DNA of 32,000 nucleotides. Origin: Sulfuricella sp. (lineage in GTDB: Bacteria > Pseudomonadota > Gammaproteobacteria > Burkholderiales > Sulfuricellaceae). The DNA lies in the NCBI GenBank assembly GCA_028713975.1, contig JAQTNE010000001.1:252885-284884 (forward strand), in the 5' to 3' direction. Position 1 is the stretch's first letter. The number at the start of each line of letters is the position of its first letter. Made by a program: the position numbers and the translations under genes. Below, in pieces: positions 10,058 through 19,538 of this stretch. The notes beneath the pieces are model-generated. The model had not been told where the DNA came from. It made no database searches and saw nothing but the letters and a program-made list of their open reading frames with translations.

Positions 10058-11020
10058 ATGCTAAGTTTCTTCAAAAAATCCGATAAAACCGCTGACGAAA
10101 GCCCGGAACAGGCTCCCGGCTGGGCTGCCAGGCTCAGGCAGGGGCTGACCAAGACCCGTGACAATCTGGGCAAGCAGATTTCCGGTTTGCTCGGCGGCGG
10201 CAAGATCGACGACGAACTGTATGAAGAACTGGAAACCGCCTTGCTTTCTGCCGATGTCGGCGTCAGCGCCACGCAGCACCTGCTCGACGACCTGAAAAAC
10301 CGCGTCAAGCGCGACCGGCTGGAAGACGCCGCGCAGCTCAAGGCCGCCCTGCGCGATGGGCTTGAAGCGTTGCTGGTTCCGCTCGAAGCGCCGCTCGACA
10401 TCTCCGCACATCGACCTTACGTGATCATGCTGGCCGGCGTTAATGGCGCGGGTAAAACCACCACCATCGGCAAGCTCGCCAAGCATTTTCAGGCGCAGGG
10501 TAAATCGGTGCTGCTTGCCGCCGGCGACACCTTCCGCGCCGCTGCACGCGAGCAGCTGGCGGTGTGGGGGGAGCGCAACAACGTCACGGTGATTACCCAG
10601 GAAGGCAGCGACTCCGCCGCCGTGATCTTCGATGCGATCCACGCGGCGCGGGCGCGCGGCATTGACATCGTGCTGGCCGACACCGCCGGACGGCTACCGA
10701 CCCAACTCCACCTGATGGAAGAGCTGAAGAAAATCAAGCGCGTCATCGCCAAAGCCGAACCCGACGCCCCTCACGAAATCATGCTGGTACTCGACGCCAA
10801 CACCGGCCAGAACGCCATTGCCCAGGTCAAATCCTTCGACGATGCGTTGCAGGTCACCGGCCTGGTGCTGACCAAACTCGACGGCACCGCCAAGGGCGGC
10901 GTTATTGCCGCCATCGCCAAGACCCGCCCGATCCCGGTACGCTTCATCGGCGTCGGCGAACAGATCGACGACCTGCGGCCATTTGTCGCCAGGGAATTCG
11001 CCGAGGCGCTGTTCGAATGA
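10058..11020 (+). CDS. ftsY: signal recognition particle receptor
   Basis: 320 aa. GVNGAGKTTTIGKLA P-loop, DTAGR, TKLDGTAKGG SRP-GTPase motifs. Confidence 0.95.
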   Translation: MLSFFKKSDKTADESPEQAPGWAARLRQGLTKTRDNLGKQISGLLGGGKIDDELYEELETALLSADVGVSATQHLLDDLKNRVKRDRLEDAAQLKAALRDGLEALLVPLEAPLDISAHRPYVIMLAGVNGAGKTTTIGKLAKHFQAQGKSVLLAAGDTFRAAAREQLAVWGERNNVTVITQEGSDSAAVIFDAIHAARARGIDIVLADTAGRLPTQLHLMEELKKIKRVIAKAEPDAPHEIMLVLDANTGQNAIAQVKSFDDALQVTGLVLTKLDGTAKGGVIAAIAKTRPIPVRFIGVGEQIDDLRPFVAREFAEALFE

Positions 11021-11670
11021 TCTCATTCAGCCAGGTCTGTAAACGCTATCGCGGCGGCCACGAAGCCCTGAAAAACCTCAGCTTCACGGTCGAACAAGGC
11101 GAAATGGCGTTCATCACCGGGCCGACCGGCGCTGGTAAAAGCACGCTGCTCAAATTGGTGGCCGCGATCGAAAAACCCACTTCCGGCAGCGTGGTGGTGA
11201 GCGGCCAGAATGTCGGCAAGTTGCGGCGCAGCGCCGTGCCTTTCCTGCGCCGCAACCTTGGCCTGATTTTCCAGGACCACAAGCTACTATATGACCGCTC
11301 GGTGCTGGAAAATGTTTTGTTGCCGCTGCACATCGCCGGCTTTCCCCGTGCCGAAAGCCTGAAACGCGCCCGCGCTGCGCTCGACAAGGTAAAACTGCTG
11401 GGGCTGGAGAAAGCCAACCCGATTTCCTTGTCCGGCGGCGAACAACAGCGCCTGTGCGTGGCGAGGGCCATCGTCAGCCGTCCCGCCATCGTGCTTGCCG
11501 ATGAGCCCACCGGCAACCTCGACGCCGGCTATGCCGGTGAAATCATGGAAATGTTCAAATCCTTCAACCAGGTCGGCGTCACGCTCCTGATCGCCACCCA
11601 CGACGAACAGATGATCGCGCGCTACGGCGGCAAGACGCTGCACCTGAACCACGGGGAACTGCACCCATAA
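11017..11670 (+). CDS. ftsE: cell division ABC transporter ATP-binding protein
   Basis: 217 aa. Walker A GPTGAGKST, signature LSGGEQQR, Walker B VLADEPTGNLD. ATGA overlap with ftsY. Confidence 0.95.
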   Translation: MISFSQVCKRYRGGHEALKNLSFTVEQGEMAFITGPTGAGKSTLLKLVAAIEKPTSGSVVVSGQNVGKLRRSAVPFLRRNLGLIFQDHKLLYDRSVLENVLLPLHIAGFPRAESLKRARAALDKVKLLGLEKANPISLSGGEQQRLCVARAIVSRPAIVLADEPTGNLDAGYAGEIMEMFKSFNQVGVTLLIATHDEQMIARYGGKTLHLNHGELHP

Positions 11671-12578
11671 TGAACTGGCTCGCACAACACCGCCTTGCCT
11701 TGGGACTGGTTATCGGTCGCCTCGCTCGCACGCCTTTTTCCAGCCTGCTTGCCATGCTCGTCATCGGCGTCGCGCTCAGCCTGCCGCTCAGCCTTTATAC
11801 GTTGGTCGGCAACATCAAGGCCGTTGCCGGCAGCGCCAAGCTGGAACCCCAGATCACCCTGTTCCTGACCCCCGGCGCCAGCGCCGACAGCGTACGGCAG
11901 ATCGAGTCGCAGCTGAAGAAACTCAATACCGTCGGGCAATTCCGCTTCATCCCGCGCGACCGGGCATTGCGGGAGCTGCTGCAAGACACCGGATTGACCG
12001 ACGTCGCGGCAGGGCTGGATCGCAACCCGTTGCCGGACGCCTTTATAATCGAACCTCAAAGCGCCGACCCTGGGGAGCTTGAAAGCCTGCGCGACGCCTT
12101 GTTGGAATTGCCCAAGGTGGACAACGTACTGCTGGATACCGTCTGGGCAAAGCGCCTCAACGCCATGGTGAGCTTCGGTCGCGATGTCGTCCTGATCCTT
12201 GCCGGCCTGCTCGGCTTCGCCCTGCTGGTCATCACCGGCAATACCGTCCGCCTGCAAATCCTCTCGCAACGCGATGAAATCGAAATCAGCACGCTGATCG
12301 GCGCGACTGATGCCTTCATCCGCCGTCCCTTCCTCTACCACGGGTTGCTGCAGGGCTTGGGCGGCGGCCTGGCGGCTTGGCTCATCGTCAGCCTCGGCCT
12401 GCAACTGCTCAACGCGAGCATCGGCGATCTGGCCAAGCTCTACGCCGCGCAATTCCTCCTCCAACCCATCGACCCCAAAGACATCCTCAGCCTGCTGGCG
12501 TTTTCCTCGGCGCTCGGCTGGTTCGGCGCGTTCCTGGCGGTGGGACGGCACTTGCGCAAAATAGAAGTGAAACCGTAA
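11670..12578 (+). CDS. ftsX: cell division permease-like protein
   Basis: 302 aa. Follows ftsE with a TAATG overlap. One N-terminal TM, a periplasmic domain and three C-terminal TMs, typical of FtsX. Confidence 0.9.
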   Translation: MNWLAQHRLALGLVIGRLARTPFSSLLAMLVIGVALSLPLSLYTLVGNIKAVAGSAKLEPQITLFLTPGASADSVRQIESQLKKLNTVGQFRFIPRDRALRELLQDTGLTDVAAGLDRNPLPDAFIIEPQSADPGELESLRDALLELPKVDNVLLDTVWAKRLNAMVSFGRDVVLILAGLLGFALLVITGNTVRLQILSQRDEIEISTLIGATDAFIRRPFLYHGLLQGLGGGLAAWLIVSLGLQLLNASIGDLAKLYAAQFLLQPIDPKDILSLLAFSSALGWFGAFLAVGRHLRKIEVKP

Positions 12579-12721
12579 CAAGCGATCCGGGGCAAAGGAC
12601 GCCCGAAACGACAAAACAACTCCAGCCGGAATTTATCCCCCGGTGCAACGGCAAATCCGGATGGGCTGGAGTAGCCCACGGATATTTTTATTCCCCGATT
12701 ATTAGCCCTTAGGTAGACCGA

Positions 12722-14110
12722 TCAAGGTGTTTCACCGCCACCCAGGGCCTTGTAAAGTTGGGCGGCGGCGGTAAGCCATGCGCGCTGGGTTTGCACGGTG
12801 CTCTGCTGCGCGGAAAAAAGCTCCCGTTGCGCATCCAGTACTTCCAGATAGCTGGAAATGCCAGCCTTATAGCGGGCATCTGCCAGGCGTAGCCGCTCCT
12901 GCTGGCTTTTTTCGGCGGACTGCTGGGCTTGCAACTGCTCGGCCAGGTTGCTGCGGGCAGCGAGAAGATCGGCCACTTCGCGGAACGCCTGCTGAATCGC
13001 TTTTTCGTACTCGGCCACGGCGATGACCTTGCGCGCTTCGGCAAGATCGACACCCGCAGCGGTGCGGCCTGCATCGAACAGCGGCAAGCGCAGCGCGGGC
13101 TGGAAGCTCCAGCTATCGCTGCCTGAATCGAACAGCCCGGCAAGGGCACTGCTCGCCGTGCCCAGGCCGGCAGTCAAGGTAATGCGCGGCAGAAAAGCGG
13201 CGCGGGCAGCGCCGATGTTGGCGTTGGCGGCGACCAGTCTTTTTTCGGCGGCCAGCACGTCGGGGCGCTGCAGCAACACCTCGGACGGCAACCCGGCGAC
13301 GAAGTCCGGAACGATGCCCTGATCCGCCAGCTTATGTCCTCCGGGTAAATTAGCCGGCTCCTTTCCTGCCAGCAGCGTCAGCGCATTGATGGCGGCAGCG
13401 CGCTGGCGTTGCAGATTGGCGAGTTCTGCCCGCGTCGACTGATAGGCGCCGTCCGCAGCCAGGAAGTCGAGGTCGCTGGCCAGTCCCACCTCACGGCGGC
13501 GGTTGACCATGGTGCGGGTTTCTTCGCGGCTCTTCAATGTCTCCACCGCCAGTTGCGTGCGCTCTTCCATCTCCAGTTGGGTGAAATAAGCGTTGGCGAC
13601 CTCGGAAATAAGCGACAGTTGCAAGGCACGCCGTGCTTCCTCAGTGGCGAGATAGCTTGACAGCGCCGCTTCGTTGAGGCTTTTCACCCGGCCCCAGAAA
13701 TCCAGCTCGAAAGACAGCATGGAGAGCCCAACATCGTAGCGATGGCTGGTGACCGCACTCCCTGTGGGGGAAAGGTCTGCCGGGGTGAGCGCCGATGAGC
13801 CGCTGACGGCTGCATCGAGATTGGGCAGCCGGTCGGCGCGGGCAATGCCGTAAAGGGCGCGGGCTTCCTCGATGCGCGCCGCCGCGATTCTCATGTCGCG
13901 GTTGTGTTCGAGCGCAGTCGCAACCAAGGCTTGCAGCCGTTGATCGGGGAAGAACGCGCGCCACTCGATTTCGGTCGCCTTGCGGATGTCGCTAGCCTGG
14001 GCGGCTTGCGGCCATTGCGCCGCGACCGGCGGCTCGGGCCGCAGGTAGTCCGGCATCAACGAACAGCCTGCGGAAGCGACGCTCAAGGCGATGATAAATA
14101 GCTTACGCAT
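12722..14110 (-). CDS. RND efflux outer membrane factor lipoprotein (NodT/OprM family)
   Basis: Start moved to MRKLFIIALSVASAGC (lipobox, ATG 14110). 462 aa. Its ATG overlaps the RND pump stop by 8 nt. Confidence 0.9.
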   Translation of the reverse strand: MRKLFIIALSVASAGCSLMPDYLRPEPPVAAQWPQAAQASDIRKATEIEWRAFFPDQRLQALVATALEHNRDMRIAAARIEEARALYGIARADRLPNLDAAVSGSSALTPADLSPTGSAVTSHRYDVGLSMLSFELDFWGRVKSLNEAALSSYLATEEARRALQLSLISEVANAYFTQLEMEERTQLAVETLKSREETRTMVNRRREVGLASDLDFLAADGAYQSTRAELANLQRQRAAAINALTLLAGKEPANLPGGHKLADQGIVPDFVAGLPSEVLLQRPDVLAAEKRLVAANANIGAARAAFLPRITLTAGLGTASSALAGLFDSGSDSWSFQPALRLPLFDAGRTAAGVDLAEARKVIAVAEYEKAIQQAFREVADLLAARSNLAEQLQAQQSAEKSQQERLRLADARYKAGISSYLEVLDAQRELFSAQQSTVQTQRAWLTAAAQLYKALGGGETP

Positions 14111-17100
14111 GATCGTTCTCCTGATGATGGCGGGCATGGCCGCCGGGGAATATTTTTCGCACCACCACGAAAAACACCGGCACCAGGAATATCGCCAGGA
14201 AGGTAGCCGCAAGCATGCCGCCGATAACGCCGGTGCCGATGGCATGCCGACTATTGGCGCCGGCGCCGGTAGAAATCGCCAGCGGCAGTACGCCCAGAAT
14301 GAAGGCAAAGGAGGTCATCAGGATCGGGCGGAAGCGCAAGCGGCAGGCTTCGAGCGTCGCCTCGACCAAACCCATGCCGCGTTCCTGCAAGTCACGCGCA
14401 AACTCGATGATCAGGATGGCGTTCTTGCTCGACAGCCCGATGATGGCAATCAGGCCGACCTTGAAATAGACGTCGTTGGGCAAGCCGCGTAGCGTCACTG
14501 CCAGGGTTGCGCCGAAGATGCCCAACGGCACTACCAGGATCACCGCAAAGGGGATCGACCAGCTTTCATACAGAGCGGCCAGCGCAAGGAAAACCACCAG
14601 CAACGACAACGCAAACAGGAAAGGTGCCTGGCTGCCGGAAAGTTTCTCCTCGAATGAAGTGCCGGACCACTCGAAGCCGAATCCCGGCGGCAATTGTTTG
14701 GCCACTTCGGTCATGGTCTGCATCGCCTCGCCGGTACTGTGGCCGGGAGCCGGGCCGCCGGCGATTTTCATCGACGGCAAACCGTTATAGCGATCCAGCT
14801 TGGGCGAACCGATAATCCAGCGCGGCGTAACCAGTTCGGCCAGCGGCACCATGCCGCCGGCCCGGTTTCTGACCGACAGGGTGAGGAGCTTTTCCGGCGT
14901 AGTGCGCAAGTCGGCTTCCGCCTGCATCTGCACCCGCAGGATCCGGCCCTGGCGTTCGAAGTCATTGATGTAGGCCACGCCCATGGTGGATTGCAAGGTC
15001 TCGTTAAGATCGGCAATGCTTACGCCCAGGGTTTCGGCTTTGCGCCGGTCGATGTCGAGCAACAGTTGTGGCCCGGCTTCCTGCCCTTCCGGGCGCACAC
15101 CGGCCAGGCCATGATCCTGGCCGGCGATTCCCAGCGCCATGTTGCGCGCCTCCAGCAATTTTTCACGGCCAAGTCCGGCGCGATCCTGCAAACGGAAGTC
15201 GAAACCGCCAGTAGAAGCAAGCTCCGGAATCGGCGGCGGATTGACGGCAAAAATCATTGCCTGCTTGATCTGGAAAAACGCCATATTGGCGCGCTGCACC
15301 AGCGCCGTTGAGGAGTGATCCGCGCCTTTGCGCTCGTCCCACTCCTTGAGCCGGACAAAGGCGAGCGCGGCATTCTGGCCGCGGCCAAAAAACGAAAAGC
15401 CCACCACGCCAATGACGTTAGCCACTTCCGGTTGTTTGAGGTAATACTGCTCCACCTGCTTGAGCACTTCGATGGTACGTTCCTGCGACGCGCCCGGCGG
15501 CAACTGCACCATGTTCATAAAATAGCCCTGATCCTCATCGGGCAGGAAGCTGCCGGGAAGATGGAGCAGCAGCCAGCCTGCGGCGACGATGATGCCGGCG
15601 TAGAGCAGCAGATAGCGCCCGGTTTTTTTCAGTGCGCGGGCGACCCAGGATTGATAACTGTGGGTAGTACGGGCAAAAATGCGGTTGAACCAGCCGAAAA
15701 ATCCGGTGCTGGGCAGCATTTCCTTGCCCGGTTCATGCTTGAGCAGAGTGGCGCACAGGGCTGGCGTCAGGGTCAGCGCCATCAGGGCCGAGAACAGCAT
15801 GGTGAGGATCAGCGTCACGGCGAACTGGCGATAGATGACCCCCACCGAGCCGCCGAAAAAGATCATCGGTGCGAATACCGCCGACAGCACCAGGGTGATG
15901 CCGATAATGGCGTTGAAAATCTGATCCATCGCCTTGCGCGCGGCCTCACGCGGCGCCAGTCCTTCTGTTCTCATGATGCGCTCGACCGCCTCCACCACCA
16001 CGATGGCATCATCCACCACGATGCCGATGGCCAGAACCATGGCGAACAGGGTCAGTACATTGATCGAATAGCCGAACACATAAAGCCCGGCGAGTGCGCC
16101 CGTCAAGGCCACCGGCACCACGATGGTAGGGATGAGCGTGGCGCGGAGGTTTTCCAGAAACAGGAACATCACCAGGAACACCAGCACCACCGCCTCCACC
16201 AGGGTTATGATCACTTCCTTGATGGAAATATCGACGAAGCGCGAGGTGTCATAGGGTACGGCCCAGGTTACGCCCTTGGGAAAATAGGGTGCCATCTCGG
16301 CCATTTTAGCGCGCACCGCCTTGACCACGTCGAGCGCATTGCCATCAGGTGACACGCGGATGGCAATGGCGGCGGCCGGTTGCTGATCCAGACGGGCGAA
16401 GATGTTGTAATCCTGGGAGCCCAGTTCGACCCGGGCGACATCCTTCACGCGCACGGCGGAACCGTCCGCCTGGGTGCGGATGAGAATATTGCCGAACTCT
16501 TCGGGAGTTGACATGCGGCTACGCGTGACGATCACCGCGTTCATCTGCTGGCCGGCTGCTGCCGGGGCCTGTCCCAGTTCGCCGATTGCCAGATCCACGT
16601 TCTGGGCGCGCACCGCTCGGGTGATGTCGGCGGGTGAAAGATTATAGGCATGCAGCTTTTCCGGCTGGAGCCACAGCCGCATCGAGTATTCGGTGCCGAA
16701 CAGGAGCGCCTCGCCCACGCCTTTGACACGCCGCAGCGGGTCGAGCACGCTGGCGGCGGCGAAGCTGCCGAGATCGACGGCTGTCAGGCTCTTATCCGGC
16801 GAGTAAAGCGCGACAAACATCACATAGTTGCGCGACGGCTTGGTCACCGGCACACCAACGCGCCGCACGTCGTCGGGCAGGCGCGCCTCGATGCGCTTGA
16901 AACGGTTTTGCGCCTCCACCGAGGCGATGTCGATATTGGTGCCGGGCTCGAAGGTCAGGGTGACGGTGCCAACGCCCAGTTCCGAAGCCGATTCCATATA
17001 CAGCAAGTGCTCGATGCCGTTCATTTCCTGCTCGATCAGGGCCGTGACCGTATCTTCGACCACCTTGGCCGAAGCGCCCGGATAAACGATGTTGAAAGCA

Positions 17101-17231
17101 ATGGAAGGCGGTGCGACAGCCGGGTACTGGGAAAGCGGCAGCCCCCTGACGGCGAGGCCGCCGGCCAGCAGGATCACCAGCGCGATCACCCAGGCGAATA
17201 CCGGGCGGTCGATGAAAAATTTGGCGAACAT
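14103..17231 (-). CDS. RND multidrug efflux permease (HAE1, AcrB/MexB family)
   Basis: 1042 aa. N-terminus MFAKFFIDRPVFAWVIALVILLAG. 12-TM architecture with two large periplasmic loops. Confidence 0.95.
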   Translation of the reverse strand: MFAKFFIDRPVFAWVIALVILLAGGLAVRGLPLSQYPAVAPPSIAFNIVYPGASAKVVEDTVTALIEQEMNGIEHLLYMESASELGVGTVTLTFEPGTNIDIASVEAQNRFKRIEARLPDDVRRVGVPVTKPSRNYVMFVALYSPDKSLTAVDLGSFAAASVLDPLRRVKGVGEALLFGTEYSMRLWLQPEKLHAYNLSPADITRAVRAQNVDLAIGELGQAPAAAGQQMNAVIVTRSRMSTPEEFGNILIRTQADGSAVRVKDVARVELGSQDYNIFARLDQQPAAAIAIRVSPDGNALDVVKAVRAKMAEMAPYFPKGVTWAVPYDTSRFVDISIKEVIITLVEAVVLVFLVMFLFLENLRATLIPTIVVPVALTGALAGLYVFGYSINVLTLFAMVLAIGIVVDDAIVVVEAVERIMRTEGLAPREAARKAMDQIFNAIIGITLVLSAVFAPMIFFGGSVGVIYRQFAVTLILTMLFSALMALTLTPALCATLLKHEPGKEMLPSTGFFGWFNRIFARTTHSYQSWVARALKKTGRYLLLYAGIIVAAGWLLLHLPGSFLPDEDQGYFMNMVQLPPGASQERTIEVLKQVEQYYLKQPEVANVIGVVGFSFFGRGQNAALAFVRLKEWDERKGADHSSTALVQRANMAFFQIKQAMIFAVNPPPIPELASTGGFDFRLQDRAGLGREKLLEARNMALGIAGQDHGLAGVRPEGQEAGPQLLLDIDRRKAETLGVSIADLNETLQSTMGVAYINDFERQGRILRVQMQAEADLRTTPEKLLTLSVRNRAGGMVPLAELVTPRWIIGSPKLDRYNGLPSMKIAGGPAPGHSTGEAMQTMTEVAKQLPPGFGFEWSGTSFEEKLSGSQAPFLFALSLLVVFLALAALYESWSIPFAVILVVPLGIFGATLAVTLRGLPNDVYFKVGLIAIIGLSSKNAILIIEFARDLQERGMGLVEATLEACRLRFRPILMTSFAFILGVLPLAISTGAGANSRHAIGTGVIGGMLAATFLAIFLVPVFFVVVRKIFPGGHARHHQENDHA

Positions 17232-17240
17232 ACGCTACCC

Positions 17241-18383
17241 CTATTTCTTGTCGCCGGCCGGCAACTGCGCGGCAGGTTCTACGTTCGGATTCTTCAACGG
17301 CACGGGTTTCACCGGCGTGCCGGGGCGCGCCTTCTGCAGGCCGTTGACGATCACCTGTTCGCCACCCTTCAATCCCTCGGCGATGATGAAATCGCTGCCG
17401 CTCATGCCGCCGGTTTTCACCGGGTGCGGCGCAGCCTTGCCTTCGGCATCCACCACCATCACGAATTGCCCTTGCGGGCCGGACTGCACGGCGCGCTGTG
17501 GCAGGCGGATGGCCTGGTCGGCAATCGCCTCGGGAAAACGGATGCGCGCAAAAGCACCGGGCAGCAATTCATGCCGGGGATTGGGAAACAAGGCGCGCAA
17601 GGAGACGCTGCCGGTGGCCGGATCGACGGCCAGATCGGAGAACAGTAGTTTGCCCGGCTGCGGATAGACGCTGCCGTCTTCGAGGATCAGTTCCACCTTG
17701 GCTTTCTCCGCTTCCTTGAGCTTGCCCGATTTCACTGCTTGCCGCAGGCGCAGCAGGTCGGATCCCGGCTGGGTGAAGTTGGCGTAGATCGGGTCGATCT
17801 GCTCGATGATGGCCAGAGGAGTCGCCTCGCCCTTGCCCACCAGCGCCCCTTCGGTTACCTGCGCACGACCGATGCGTCCCGAGATCGGCGCCGGTACGGC
17901 GGTATTTTCCTGGTCGATGCGTGCGCGCGTTAGCGCCGCTTCGGCCTGCTTCACCTTGGCCTCGGCCAGATCGACTTCCTGCCGGCTCACCGCCTTGATT
18001 TCGAGCAGTGGCAGGTAGCGTTCCAAGGTCACACGGGCAACAGCCAGATCGGCCTTGGCCGCATCGAAGGATGCCTGATAGCTGCGTGGGTCGATGCGGA
18101 ACAGGGTGGCGCCTTCCCTGACATCGCTTCCTTCGACAAACAGGCGTTTTTCGACAATGCCTTCAACACGCGCCCGCACCTGTGCGGTGCGGAAAGCCTG
18201 CAAGCGGCCCGGCAGTTCCTGGGTGATCGTGGCCGATCCCGGCACAACAGCAATCACATCGACTTCCAGCGGCGGCACGGCTCCCGGCCCACCCGCTCCT
18301 CCAGCAGTTTTCTTGTCTCCCTCGCCGCCGCAACCGGCAAGCGCAGCCGTCAGCAGAAATGTCAGCAGAATTTTTTGCTTCAT
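17241..18383 (-). CDS. RND efflux periplasmic adaptor (MFP, AcrA/MexA family) lipoprotein
   Basis: Start moved to MKQKILLTFLLTAALAGC (lipobox, ATG 18383, SD AAGGA). 380 aa. Confidence 0.9.
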   Translation of the reverse strand: MKQKILLTFLLTAALAGCGGEGDKKTAGGAGGPGAVPPLEVDVIAVVPGSATITQELPGRLQAFRTAQVRARVEGIVEKRLFVEGSDVREGATLFRIDPRSYQASFDAAKADLAVARVTLERYLPLLEIKAVSRQEVDLAEAKVKQAEAALTRARIDQENTAVPAPISGRIGRAQVTEGALVGKGEATPLAIIEQIDPIYANFTQPGSDLLRLRQAVKSGKLKEAEKAKVELILEDGSVYPQPGKLLFSDLAVDPATGSVSLRALFPNPRHELLPGAFARIRFPEAIADQAIRLPQRAVQSGPQGQFVMVVDAEGKAAPHPVKTGGMSGSDFIIAEGLKGGEQVIVNGLQKARPGTPVKPVPLKNPNVEPAAQLPAGDKK

Positions 18384-18403
18384 GTTGAATTCCTTCATTT
18401 TGA

Positions 18404-19006
18404 TCAATTCGGGGTATAAGCGAGCAAAAAACAATCCACGATTCGCTCGATTCGGGTGGTTTCCGCAACTTTCGGCAATGTGGCGGCGCAAAGAAGATGG
18501 CGAACATGTTCGACGCCACCCAGCATGCTCAGCAGCATCTCGGCGGCGAAACGCGGATCGTCTTGCCGCAGGGTGCCAGCGTTCATGGCACGCTCAAAAA
18601 AATTCGCAAGCCGTGCAGCAGTCTGATCGGGGCCTTTGGCAAAAAAGGCTTGTGCCAATGTCGGGATACGAGCCGCTTCTGCGGTTATGGCACGAAACAT
18701 GGCCAGCCCCTCGTCGCACAACACCTTTTCACGAAAGGATGCAGAAAAACGCAAAAGCGTTTCGCGCACATCATTGGTCTGCCCATCCAGCGTCACCACA
18801 ATGGCCGCCGAGGCAATAGTCGCGGCCTCGCTGAACAGATCATCCTTGCAGGGAAAATGATTGTAAAGAGTCTGTTTCGCCACGCCGGCACGCGCTGCGA
18901 TGCGATCCACGCTGGCGCGGTAACCCTCCGCCATGAAGGCTTCCCTGGCTGCCTGAATCAGGCGCGTTCGAGTATCGGCGGTGATATTCTCTTTCGGTTC
19001 TGACAT
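18404..19006 (-). CDS. TetR/AcrR-family transcriptional repressor, first gene of the efflux operon
   Basis: Start moved to MSEPKENITADTRTRLIQAAREAF (ATG 19006). HTH is ASVDRIAARAGVAKQTLYNHF. 200 aa. Lies 20 nt upstream of the MFP gene on the same strand. Confidence 0.9.
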   Translation of the reverse strand: MSEPKENITADTRTRLIQAAREAFMAEGYRASVDRIAARAGVAKQTLYNHFPCKDDLFSEAATIASAAIVVTLDGQTNDVRETLLRFSASFREKVLCDEGLAMFRAITAEAARIPTLAQAFFAKGPDQTAARLANFFERAMNAGTLRQDDPRFAAEMLLSMLGGVEHVRHLLCAATLPKVAETTRIERIVDCFLLAYTPN

Positions 19007-19030
19007 GGGATTGCTCGAAATTGATTTGAG

Positions 19031-19069
19031 TAGACTGGACAGTCTAGTCCATTTCGTTGTGTTGGTCAA
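19031..19069 (-). promoter_or_regulatory. candidate sigma70 promoter of the tetR-efflux operon with an overlapping palindromic operator
   Basis: Minus strand reads TTGACC (19069-19064), a 17-nt spacer, then TAGACT (19046-19041). The palindrome TAGACTG-ga-CAGTCTA (19031-19046) covers the -10 and the predicted start site. Confidence 0.5.
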
Positions 19070-19132
19070 TTTCAGAGAAAACGCAATTGTTGTAGGGTAG
19101 AATCAATCATAGCGTTAACAAGGAGACCGAAA

Positions 19133-19483
19133 TTGCTTGAACACAAGCGGCAACCGATAGCGCCCCTGAATGTTTTCTTTTGGCGTCTCGCCAAGAACGC
19201 CAGCCTGGCCTTGATAGCGGTAGCCGCCGCGCTGTCTATCGGCATTTACGGATATTACGTCACCGAACACCTTCCCTTGATCGACGCACTGCTCAATGCC
19301 GCCATGATTCTCGGGGGGATGGGGCCGGTGAACGAACTGCACACCAATGCCGGCAAATTATTCGCTGCCGGCTACGCTCTCTTCAGCGGACTGGTCTTTA
19401 TGATTGTCGCCGGTATCCTGTTCGCACCAATACTTCACCGTTTCCTGCATCGGCTCCACCTGGAAACCGATGAACGCAAGTAA
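19133..19483 (+). CDS. small 2-TM membrane protein with a pore-loop-like middle segment (uncharacterised)
   Basis: 116 aa. TTG start preceded by AAGGAG (7-nt spacer). TM1 is ASLALIAVAAALSIGIYGYYV, the loop is LIDALLNAAMILGGMGPVNE, and TM2 is LFAAGYALFSGLVFMIVAGILFAPIL. Confidence 0.6.
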   Translation: MLEHKRQPIAPLNVFFWRLAKNASLALIAVAAALSIGIYGYYVTEHLPLIDALLNAAMILGGMGPVNELHTNAGKLFAAGYALFSGLVFMIVAGILFAPILHRFLHRLHLETDERK

Positions 19484-19499
19484 CGAAAAACCAGAAAAA

Positions 19500-19524
19500 C
19501 CGTAGCCCCAGAACCAGGCTACGG
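19500..19524. terminator. possible bidirectional terminator between convergent genes
   Basis: CCGTAGCC (19500-19507) and GGCTACGG (19517-19524), with an A-rich 5' flank and a T-rich 3' flank (tcgtcttta). Confidence 0.45.
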
Positions 19525-19538
19525 TCGTCTTTATCCCC

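Noticed and set aside
12620-12671. A long imperfect hairpin (CTCCAGCCGGA...TCCGG-atggg-CTGGAG) between convergent ftsX and the OMF gene, considered as a terminator.
   Set aside because: The stem is interrupted by a 5-nt bulge and a 25-nt loop, and the nearest T-run is about 13 nt away. It may still terminate transcription, but the sequence alone does not support a confident call.
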